NCBI GenBank assembly: GCA_964106915.2
Contig: OZ066923.1
Length of the DNA stretch: 64,000 bases
Origin: Podarcis gaigeae
Lineage: Eukaryota
Strand: one strand, 5' to 3'
Position 1 is the first letter of the stretch. Each line of letters begins with the position of its first letter. A program made the translations under genes and the position numbers. The notes below the pieces were generated by a model. That model did no database searches, had not been told where the DNA came from, and worked only from the letters and a program-made list of their open reading frames with translations. Positions 24,300-34,888 of this stretch are shown in pieces.

Positions 24300-26688
24300 A
24301 GAAGTTAAGAATACAACAAGTAATGAGATCCCATTGCCCGGAGACCCCAATCTTCAAAGTCCAAGATGTGCTTTGTCGCCTCCAACAGTAAGCAATTTTT
24401 TAAAAAAGAAAATACTGAACAAGGCCACTAGTTAATGGGAAAAGAAAGCTGTAACTCTGAACTATACTACACTGAAAACCTGCACACACAAAGGAAGCAA
24501 GCGAACCTCCGATTGCTGAGAGTAAGGCATTCAGGTGCCAACCTGGGAAGAAGTCTCAGCAAGCACCACGGAAAAGTGCACAGCTAAGCAGTTTTTCTTA
24601 TTGGGACACAAAAAATGTCCTAAACAGAGACCAAAGGGGTAGAATAAGTGGAGGGTGTGTTTTTGTACAGGTTGTGTGCTGTAGGACCAGGTTGTGAGAA
24701 ACCCTTTCTGGGAGTGAGCATAGGATGATCTAGAAAAAATGCTTTTCAGATAGGTAGATCTGAGTCTGATATGTATTAGCACTTTCCCCATCAGGCAAGC
24801 CATCCTTCTTCCAGATGGCTACATTTACCACTGGGAAGGTTAAATCATCACTGGCCTTCCTGTTCCACTACAGGGGTTCAATTAATACTGTTCTGTTTTT
24901 TTAGTATGGGATTGAACAATCAGAAGCGTTAGGGTGCCATTCTGGCCTATCTGCATTCAGCACATCAGGATCCTACCCAGGATATACACATCTGAAGTTG
25001 CCTACAAGCACCCGTTAAGCACCTCTTGTAGGTCTAAACACTAAGGTTTTGTTTTGAGGGCGGGAGAGAGAAAAGACAGAAAGACCAACTTCCTTCTAAT
25101 AATCAAAAAAGCAGTTTAACATGTGGCAAATTCTACCATCTCCCAACACTTGTAGTTAATTATACTATGGGCCAAAGGAACTGCCCCCACTGTGAGTATT
25201 CAACAACACAAATTCTACACTGTGTCAAAACATTTCTCTCCATTTCTGACGTGCCTCACCAGCCTAGCAGGAGAAAACAGCAACTACACTTCTTGCCCAA
25301 CTGAGTATTCTGCTTAGTGATAATTTGCCCTTCTCAGAATGTACGCTACCCCACAAGCAGTTAAGCTATCTGGGGATGTTTTTAAAGAGACAACAAGCTT
25401 CTCTTGGGTACCAAGCACTCTTTTGAGGAGAGGCAAAAATGTAATATCCAAGCAGATTCTGCAAGCTGTTCTTTTTAAAGAAAGAAAAAAGCCCAGTGCG
25501 CAGCGTTGTCTTATATACCAGAAGGAAGCAAGAAGGATCGGCAGTGTTACATTGCAGCCAAGTGGAGCTTGGTGGAATTTAATACCGGGCAACCTTAGTG
25601 CTACTGTAGTTCAGCAGCACACAACATAATCTAGAACGAATTAACAGCTAGTCTAGGCTGCTTTTTCATATGTTCCTCCTCACTCCCTGCAGACCATCTT
25701 ATCCTACTGTCTCTCAACTAGAAGGCAGATGCCTGACACTAACAATTGCACTTGGATAAAAAAGGATAGCAGGCCCAACTGAATGGTGAAACACTGACAA
25801 GAGACCCCACTGCCAAAGAGGTCGAGATACATACCATATTGTGCCTTAAGCCATCAAATCCCAACACAGCAAAAGGCCAGTGGAAAGAAAGACCACCTAA
25901 AGACTATCCACAAAATGGCAGAGATCTTAGAAGGCACTCCCTGCCAAGGGAGCAGAGCTCAGCTGCACAATCTCCTGCCTTTGCCTTCTGAAGGTACAGG
26001 GGCCCAAGCATCAGCCCGATTTAAGGTTGTCCACACTTGCTTACTCTTGTGTGCAGACTGAGCCTGCTGGGTCTAGCTGTCCAGTATATCCCCAAACATT
26101 AGGAAGAATCTGTAGAACCCAGATGCTGCAGGGGTTTCACCTGGCCCTCTTGCACTTAAAAGGGTTCGTGCAAACTTGAAACAGTGTGTGGTACTTGCAT
26201 GTTGCAATCTATACAAAAAACCCTCCCCTCCCACACAATTTTAAAACATTTATATAAACTTTTCAATTAAACAGAATGTTAGAAATCTTATTTACATTTT
26301 TCCTCCCAAAAGAGCATCTAAAAATCAACTTACCTGAACAAGATACAAATCTTAATCAAGCTAGATTTTAAAAAAGAAAAAAAAAAGGCTAAGCCATCTC
26401 CCCATGACAACCCCTCTTGTTTTTCTACAAATAAATATGGCATTGAACAGAAGCTGATTAAGAAAGGGCTTTCTGTAGCTTAGTCTGTAGACCCCAGGAA
26501 TAAATTAGGGTTTAAGAACTTCCAGGTCTTCAGAATCAATTCACTCCAATGCTTGAGGTATGAATTTCTCTTCCAAGTTTTAGTTAGAATCCCTGCGAAG
26601 CTTCTACACCATCCTGGGTCAGGTGTAGACTGACTGCTCCAACGGTTCTGCTTTTTTGGTTACAATCTTGGACAAGCAGTCAATTTTA

Positions 26689-26814
26689 CTACATCTCGTC
26701 CTCTGAGCAGCCTCCGCCAACTGTGAAGCGGAACTCCTGAAGGTTTGAAACTCCATGGAAGTGCGCAAATGCACCAGCCACTACAAACACATGAAACAGC
26801 TGGTGGGAGTGGAA
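26689..26814 (-). CDS. ADIPOR2: ADIPOR2 last coding exon: FHSHQLFHVFVVAGAFAHFHGVSNLQEFRFTVGGGCSEDEM*
   Basis: ctttctcccatag| acceptor; TAG stop followed immediately by TAA. Contains the PAQR HxxxH zinc ligands (SHQLFH). This frame is absent from the ORF track. Confidence 0.96.
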   Translation of the reverse strand, partial: FHSHQLFHVFVVAGAFAHFHGVSNLQEFRFTVGGGCSEDEM

Positions 26815-27453
26815 CTATGGGAGAAAGAAAAACAGAACACCATTTCACCTTAGGTAATGGAGACTCCCATTTTCCAGAACAGTCACCAAAGGAGGGCATC
26901 ACAGGTGGTACTGGCTAGTAAGTAGAGATTGTGAAGTATCAACCAGCCAAAGAATAAGCCCTCTTGCTTCCTAGGAATCCATTGTTTGTTTCTCTGCTAT
27001 GCAAGCACCAGGAGGTGCCAATTTAAACCCACCCAGCCCCAGTCAACTTGGCATAACTGGCTAGAGGACAAGATACATGCTCACATACACATAAACAAAC
27101 AAAGACAGAGCATTAACAGCGCTGTATCAGAATGGTTGTATTTTTGCAGCTGTGCACCATTCCCTCTCTTGGGAGCCAGATATGCCAAGGCAGATAGAGT
27201 GCAAATATTTTTCATTCTTGTAATGCCTACCAAGAGAAGGTTGCAGAGTTTCACAGGGTTTTAAAGTTAGCAGTTGCACAGCAGGGCTCCATTTTAGCCC
27301 AGAACTGAGCAGTAAGAGGCATTTATAGAACTGCGTCTTTATAGAGCTCGGCCACAGACCACAGTGATCCATCACTGCAGATATGCAGTAGGGATGGCAT
27401 TAATGCCTCTCACCCTCCCTATTATGTGCCTGCCATCTATTAGCCATACTTAC

Positions 27454-27647
27454 CCAGATGTCACACTTGCCCGGGAAGAACCTCTCCGGGATGCGAGCAG
27501 CATACAGTGCAGCGCCAGTGATATACAGGCAGGCCATGAGAGCCAGCCAGCCTATCTGCCCCATTGTGGCAGCCTTGAGGAGCCCTTCCGTGATGACAAA
27601 GTGCAGGGTGGGGATGACCCCACTAAGGCCCAGAGCCAGAAACACTC
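27454..27647 (-). CDS. ADIPOR2: ADIPOR2 coding exon: VFLALGLSGVIPTLHFVITEGLLKAATMGQIGWLALMACLYITGAALYAARIPERFFPGKCDIW
   Basis: ctcctag| ... |gtaagt. 194 nt. Carries the PAQR PERxxPG motif. Confidence 0.97.
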
Positions 27648-28433
27648 CTAGGAGATAAGGGAAGTGGGACAGATTCAGCCTTGGACACAAGAGAAGCAGT
27701 GGCAGAGATGAGGGCAAACTGCCAAAGCTCAGGATCCCAAAGCAGAGCAGGAAGATTACTTGGGTGGTTGGTTTTTAGGGCCACAACCCATTTGGTCAAC
27801 TAGAGAGGAGCCCCTGATCAATCTGGGAACACATTTTTTTTAAAAATAATAATTTCTATGTACTTCTAATCATAGTGCTAAATGTCATTTTAGAAGAGGC
27901 ATTCTCTCTTCTGTTGCAACCAGGAGGCATATTCTCCTTCAATACTTTGCCTGCTGCAGCACATACTTGTGTGTGTGTGCACGCGCACGCGCGCGCACAC
28001 ACGCACACAGATAAACACACACACACCACTTAAATACTAGATAAAGAAAGTATGCTTTTCCATTCCAAAGTCATCATTTTATTCAAGTGACTTTTATTAT
28101 GCAGATCATTTAAAATTGCAATCACCCAACTATAATTTCTTTAATTAGACAAAATTCTTTTTGTTGTAGAAATATGTTAATATACCTCTAGCTTTCTAAG
28201 TACACTAGAGACTGTAGCACAAGCCTTGAAATAAAGACTCCCTGCCAGTGGGCTGTGAGTGGCAGAAAGAACTTTGGCCTTCATGTACCACTGACTGACC
28301 AAAAAAGTACAGCACTTACATCAGTCGTGGAAGAATAAACTTCAAAGGTGTTTTGTCTGCTCCAGCCCACAGATTGAACTGACAGTTCATGATAATTAAA
28401 ACCTTCAATATTTGCAAAATAGTATTCCCAGTA

Positions 28434-28635
28434 CAGTGGTACCTCAGGTTACATACTTTGGGTTACAGACTCCGCTAACCCGGAAGTAGTACCTCGGGTT
28501 AAGAACTTTACCTCAGGATGAGAACAGCAGGAGGAGGAGGCCCCATTAGCTAAAGTGGTACCTCAGGTTAAGAATGGTTTCAGGTTAAGAACGGACCTTC
28601 GGAACGAATTAAGTTCGTAATCAAAAGTACCACTG
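28434..28635. mobile_element. Tc1/mariner (Tigger/pogo-like) MITE, TA TSD
   Basis: TA|CAGTGGTACCTC ... AAGTACCACTG|TA, with internal ctcaggttaagaa repeats. Confidence 0.85.
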
Positions 28636-30017
28636 TACTAAGTTTCAATTGCTATATATTTCATCTCCTGATCCTCTGTATAAATTTACAACTTCCTGGA
28701 AGGTACAGAAATATTCTAGAACAAATTCTTCAAACTTCCAGCAGGCAAATGAGACTTTCCCCCCTGAATTCATGACTACATTCACATTCTGTGTGTGTGC
28801 ACATGCACACATGCAAGAATTTCACCTTCCCTCGGAGAAGTCCTTCCCATGCACTGCTACAGGAGTTACTGTTCCAAGTGTGCCTCCCAATTGGAAGGAG
28901 ACAAAGTCCAGAGCAGCAATTTTTGTAGAGATTCAGCAAGTAGCATCCTCTGCACTGGAGTATTAGAAAAACCTAATCATTTCCAAAAGCAGAGATGGAC
29001 AGAACAAAGTCTCCATCCTCCTGTAAAGATGGAATGGAAAGGAAGGCAGGCAGGCTGGATCGGTGGAATAAGCATCTTGGCTAGGAGTCCTTGTCTTTCT
29101 GGCCTTTTTTCCACCTGGCCGGGAAAGGCAGGGCCCTGACTCCAGCTACAAAAACTGAGGCGACTGAACAGACTGTTGGGCTGGGGCGTTGTTTAGCGTG
29201 TTTTGTTTGGAGAGGTGTGTGTTGCTGTTATTGATATAATTTTTTGCATCTTATTTTAGATCTTATGATCTATGTGGAAATGTTCAATTTGGATGTGTAC
29301 TTTTTGAAATTTTATTTATGGTTGAAAATTACTTTTGCTATGTAATTATGTATTATTTTTTTCATGTTGTAAGCTGCCTTAAGCATGGTTTAAACTACGG
29401 AAAGGTGGCATACAAATAAAATGCTGAATGTGTGTATGTCTGTAACAGCAAACAGCTTCCCTGCAGGCAGATGTTTTTCGTCCTTAGGAGATTCTTTTTC
29501 TTTCAGTTCCCTCATGATAAAATTGGGAAACTACTGCACTAGAAGATGCATTTAGGGTTTTGATTTTAAACAATATCTTATCCTAAATTATCCTCCTGCC
29601 TGACTTTCTAGCTTCCTCAGACCTAGCCAGAATTTAGAGCCATTATGAAAGATGGCATCCAGCTAAGCTGATGAGTCATTTTCACAAATTGTGTTCATTG
29701 GACAGACTTGGCATTTACAGCCAGAATCCTTAACTTATTGTCATCCAAACAAGATGTCACATAATGAGTACTACAAGTTAATCATACAAAAAAAAGGGGG
29801 GGGAGAACAGTGCAAATTAAAACACAAATGATGCAGGCACAAGGAATCTTGTGGCATCTAAATACCAACCAATTTATTATGTATCCATGAAGGGAGGCCC
29901 ATGTATAAGGTGCATGAAGCACTAACTATCCACAACTAGTGGATTCTCTGTACACATAAAGAATGAAGAGTGTAAACTTTTCGAGGCCTGTTTGGGGTCT
30001 ACATTTTGCTGTATGTA

Positions 30018-30260
30018 CAGTCATACCTCATGTTATATTTGCTTCATGTTACGTTTTCTCAGGTTGCGTCCCACAGCAACCCGGAAGTACCGGAAAGGGT
30101 TACTTCCGGGTTTCACCGCTCACGCATGCGCAGTAGCGCTAAATCGCACTTCGTGCATGCGCACAAGCGGCAAATTGCGCTGCGCACCTGCACAGATACA
30201 GCGCTTCAGGTTGCGGGCTTTTCATGTTGCGAACGGGCCTCCGGAATGGAGGTACCACTG
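30018..30260. mobile_element. Tc1/mariner (Tigger/pogo-like) MITE, TA TSD, CpG-rich
   Basis: TA|CAGTCATACCTC ... GAGGTACCACTG|TA. Confidence 0.82.
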
Positions 30261-30634
30261 TATATCTGTCTGTACACAAATATACACAAATACGCCATAA
30301 GCATGGCTAATGGAAGGCAACACATCACGGACGGTGACTTTAACTCACAAAAACTTGTGTCGCTATAAATCTGAATATGGAACATTAAAGAAGTTTTGTT
30401 GCAGACAGATATGGCTACCTCTCTGGAACCTGACATTATGCAAATATGACTGGCAGATTAGGAGTGTCAAACTTTTAATCTATGAGTGCGCGCACACTCC
30501 GTTCAAAGTTACATTTAAAAAAATAGCACCATGCATAAGTAAGTTCAGCACTTTGTTCCAATTTGGAATAAAATTTCAGACCAAATCCCTTCATGTGGAG
30601 GAAAGCATTTTAGAAGTGATCCTTTGAGTCTTAC

Positions 30635-30822
30635 CTGCCCGTACTGCTCGATACTGGGGGGTTGCAAACCTGTCCCATTGGGAAACTATAATGGCTGTGA
30701 TGCCCAGGACACAGATGACAATCAAGTAGATGAAGCAGGGCTGAGGGTTGCAATAGAAGGAGTAGTAGAGCCATGGGACAAAACTGCCCATAATGAGAAG
30801 GGCGATGCCAGAGTAGTCCAGT
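30635..30822 (-). CDS. ADIPOR2: ADIPOR2 coding exon: LDYSGIALLIMGSFVPWLYYSFYCNPQPCFIYLIVICVLGITAIIVSQWDRFATPQYRAVRA(G)
   Basis: ttgccttag| ... |gtaaga. 188 nt. Carries the LDYSGI motif. Confidence 0.97.
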
Positions 30823-31251
30823 CTAAGGCAAGGGAAGAGAGGGGGAAAGTTGTTTCAGGAAGGTCACATGAAATAGCCTGCTCACTGATTGCACAGCCTC
30901 CACAGCACCCAACAAGCCTAGCCTAGTTGCATCATTGTCCAGCTTCTGGTGCAAAACTTCTGTGGCTAATAAGGTTCCTACTGTGACCACCCCTAAACAG
31001 CAACTTCAAAATATTAGCAAAGGCAGACAAACCTTAGGAGAAGAGCTCTGATCTAAATTCTTTCATCTTGGCCTGCTAACCACAATGTCAGGAATATGGG
31101 CAGCCTATCAATCGCTGAAGTAGAGCTCTTAGGCAAATTCCAGTTTCTCAGCCTGGACCCAACAGCTAAGCATTAATACACTGACAATTTTCATAGTGCT
31201 TCACATACATTTTCTGGCTCTGAAGTCACACTGAACCACTACAATACTTAC

Positions 31252-31438
31252 TTGGAGAATAGTCTTGAGACACCTTCTGAATGGCAGTAAACTGTGTGGA
31301 AGAGCCATGAGAAGGAGAGGCAGAGAATGGCTCCCAAGAAGAACACTCCAACCACTACCTTCTCTTGTACAGGTGCTACAAAGGACATGTTTGGCCGGAA
31401 CATGTAAAAGATGCCCAGACACAGAAAGAACACACAAC
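31252..31438 (-). CDS. ADIPOR2: ADIPOR2 coding exon: CVFFLCLGIFYMFRPNMSFVAPVQEKVVVGVFFLGAILCLSFSWLFHTVYCHSEGVSRLFS(K)
   Basis: ctttgtttag| ... |gtaagt. 187 nt. Carries the SxxxH motif (SWLFH). Sequence is ADIPOR2-type rather than ADIPOR1-type. Confidence 0.97.
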
Positions 31439-32690
31439 CTAAACAAAGAAAAATAAATGTTACAAGACCGAAGTTTGTGCATGTGTAGCGGGAGAACCCC
31501 AAAAAAGCATCACAGCAAATTCAGTACACTTGAGAAATGTCATCTGTCACATTTCTGTAGATCATTCGACTTAACATTTGCAAATCATTGAGTGAGGTAC
31601 TACATATACTTTCAACAGCTTTGGGAAACCCCTGGCCACATTATGCACATCATGTTAAAATATGGTTTAGTGTGTTGTGCATGGAGTGGAACATGGTGGA
31701 ATGGGTGGCCTGATATAAAGCTGGAAACAGATTCAATTTGCTGTTTGTCTGCATTATTTCTCCCAAGTATTACGAGGCAGGGTGGTGTAGCGTACAGAAG
31801 TTGGGCTGGCACAAATATGACCAATCAATGAACCAAAGGGCTTTAGGTTTATTCCAACCTAAATGTTCTGCCAAGCAAAACAGTTGCTGACAATAATGTT
31901 TAAAGTATGCAAGCTTAGCTCTAGTTCCATCCTCCCCAATGAGCCAAACAGAATATGGTCACTGCAATGCCAACTGAAGCTAATTTGAGGCCTGTTTCAT
32001 CATTAGTCCCAAGAGCCAGGAAAGGTCCAGTAAGCACAGGCAATTAAGCTTATTTCAAGGGCAATGCTGCAGTGAGAAAGCCACACAGAAGTACAAAGCA
32101 CACAATTTTTCTGCAGCATTGCAATTCAGATGTCCCAGGTTGAAGCCTTGGACCAAGGTCCTGACTCAGAGCAGCACATGCATACCAAAGTGTTTACATT
32201 TTCTTCCTAAAAGCTATTAGTGAACAGCAGTGTTGGAGCAGAAATCTGAATTATCTTTCTGGACTACAGGAAGAGGATTCATGTAGATCTGCCAAGTCAA
32301 TCTGAGCATCCTCAAAACATCAGTGATGGGGTGAGGGGAGTACAACACAAACAGAAAAGGGGGAATTTGCACATCTGAGTAATTCAAACCAAGTTAGTTG
32401 GTGCTGAACAAAGAGAAGTTATTCTACCGAACAGGCATTTAGTAAGATTACTGAAGGGGAAAGTCACTGCAACCCAATGCAACCCTTTGTCCAGGATCCA
32501 TCTATGCAAGTATAATTCACCCCAAACTCTTGCCCAACATTTCCTGTAGAGTCCTGTCAGATGTGCTCCAGGCAATCTTGCTCTTGCTATTGGATCAGCA
32601 GTAAGTTCCAAAGTCTATTTCCTTTGCTTCTTAACTCAGTTATTAGTTATAAAAGATAAATTCCTATGACATTTACATCCAAGTCAATAC

Positions 32691-32862
32691 CTAGTAGGTG
32701 TGTCCAGATATTGCCGGTCTCTGTGTGTATTCTGAAAATGCTTTTGAAGCAAGCCCGGAAAGAGGGCATGGGTGGGCGGTGCCCATGCAACAGGTAATCG
32801 TTGTCCTTCAGCCAGTCGGGCAAGACGTCAAAGGGGATGACGCGCCATCTGCCCTCCCACAC
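32691..32862 (-). CDS. ADIPOR2: ADIPOR2 coding exon: VWEGRWRVIPFDVLPDWLKDNDYLLHGHRPPMPSFRACFKSIFRIHTETGNIWTHLL(G)
   Basis: ctccctttag| ... |gtattg. 172 nt. Carries the PAQR ExxNxxxH motif (ETGNIWTH). Confidence 0.97.
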
Positions 32863-33936
32863 CTAAAGGGAGTAAGGAGGGGTTGTGTTAGTCCTCCTGT
32901 GGCAGTTTCCCAAGGAAATGCACATTAAATTTCAAATGGAAAAAGCAGTATAGAGAATAGTTCAGCCACTGCACTCTTCCACAAAATCCACAGCACCTTT
33001 ACCACCACAAATAATTTTGAAATTAGTATGAAGTTTCAGGAAACTGAAAAAACTGCTCCCTGTAGTGTACCACATGAAGGCAAAGAAAAGCCAATCCAAA
33101 GCACCCCTCCATGAAAGTTTGGGAGTATGTTTGCCATTCTAAAATATGAATCAACCAAAGTCAAATATTCTGCGACTTCAGTGATAGGTGGAAAAAAGAA
33201 AGATGGTAACAATGGAGCTTCATTAAAGTTGGGGTTCATATATTTGTAGAAATTTTGTTAATAAATCCTGCATTTCCAAGGTCATCCTTCCAACTATGAA
33301 AAGATAGCAGCAAAACAAGGTAAAAATAATATTCTCTGTTCTGATTCTGACGTTAGAGCCAGACACCAACATAAACTATTTCCCTTTAAAATTAGCCAAG
33401 GAAAGTCAAGACCAGTAATATTTACACAGCTCACAATGAATTTGTCCAGGGTGGCATTTCAATAGAACTGGCTTTTTTCACTTGGGACGGTGGACACAAT
33501 GAGGCTGCTACACAAGGGAGACAAATGGTAATCTCCAAACAAAGATTTGCAATGGCCTGAAAGAGAGTGTGTGAAAAAAGGTGACCTTGTAAATTAAAGT
33601 TCTCTGACCCAGAAACACTAGAAGCAGAGGGCATTATTCTGCTTGGACTTCCACAGATGTTTCAAAAAAGAGGCTCAACAGTTGTACCATCATGTTTAAT
33701 CCGACATTTCAACGTGTAATCCCTATCGTGCTAAACTTTCTAATTCATCCAATTACTGGAAGCGCAAGATCCCAACACGCAGTGGCAGCATCAGCCAAGA
33801 CAAGAGAACTCCTTGACGGCCACCCACTGTGACTTGGCTCTTTGTTGCCAGAAGTGCATGCACTGCTAGCCAAAGGACCCAACAGCTGTGTGAAGCACAC
33901 CAGAGCATGATGGGCACTTGCTTTGCAGCCTCTTAC

Positions 33937-34050
33937 CTTACATACAAACTCTTCCATCCTCTCCATGGCATGGTGAGCTTGGAGAGGCAGCATCCCCATA
34001 AATCCTTCATCCTCATGAGCTGCATCATCGCTGCCAACATGATCAGAACT
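33937..34050 (-). CDS. ADIPOR2: ADIPOR2 coding exon: SSDHVGSDDAAHEDEGFMGMLPLQAHHAMERMEEFVCK
   Basis: tatgtttcag| ... |gtaaga. 114 nt, phase 0-0. Matches human EDEGFMGMSPLLQAHHAMEKMEEFVCK. Confidence 0.95.
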
Positions 34051-34299
34051 CTGAAACATAAAAGAATTGTTGAATAACAAGCAAAAACAAGTTTTGCTTT
34101 CAGTGACTTAACACAGAATTCTATCAAATATAAAGCCAGATAAGCACACAAGTGTAGAATGTTCAAAAGGAACATGTTCTCTAGCTGCATACTCCTGAAT
34201 TAGGTTCTCTAGCCAACGCTGTTGATCAAAATGCAATGGAGTTGGTGGTCCCCAATTTGTGCTATGGAAGGGAAGAGACTATTAGGTATAGCTGCCACT

Positions 34300-34888
34300 T
34301 TGTGATGCAGTAGCAAAAAAGGCTCATGCTATTCTAGGCTGCATTGACAGAAATATAATGTCCCAATCAAGGGAAATAATAGTTCCACTCTATTTTGCCT
34401 TGGTTAGACCACACCTGGAGTACTGTGTCCAGTTCTCGACAGCACAGTTTAAGAAGGATATTGACAAGCTGAAACGTGTGCAAAGGAGGGTAACCAAGAT
34501 GACAAAGGATCTGGAAACCGAGCCTGATGAGGAACAGTTGAGGGAAGTGGGTATGTTTAGCCTGGATAAGAGGAGACTGAGAGGAGATGTAACAGCCATC
34601 TTCCAAGCTTGTTGTCTCCTCTGGAGACTAGGGCCCAAACCAATAGCTTCAAGTTACAAGAAAGGAGATTCTGAATAAATATCAGGAAGAACTTTCTGAT
34701 GGTAAGAGCTGTGTCACAGTGGAAGAAACTCCCTCAGAAGGTGGTGGACTCTCCTTCATTGGAGGTTTTTAAGCAGAGGTTGGAATGTCGTCTGTCATAG
34801 ATGCATTAGTTGAGATTCCTGCATTGCTGGGGGTTAGAATAGATGACCCTCTGGGTCCCTTCTAACTCTATAATTCTATGATTCTATT
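34300..34888 (+). mobile_element. CR1 LINE 3' fragment (ORF2 C-terminus and 3'UTR), antisense in an ADIPOR2 intron
   Basis: ORF 34358-34678 (SREIIVPLYFALVRPHLEYCVQF...KRVQRRVTKM...FSLDKRRLRGD) is the CR1 ORF2 C-terminal signature. attctatgattcta tail. Confidence 0.92.

Noticed and set aside
26660-26902. ORF-track 80-aa peptide, or an apparent absence of the last ADIPOR2 exon
   Set aside because: The track shows the wrong frame. The true terminal exon (26689-26814) is intact in another frame, so ADIPOR2 is not truncated.
34358-34678. 106-aa ORF as a host gene
   Set aside because: It is a decayed CR1 ORF2 C-terminus.
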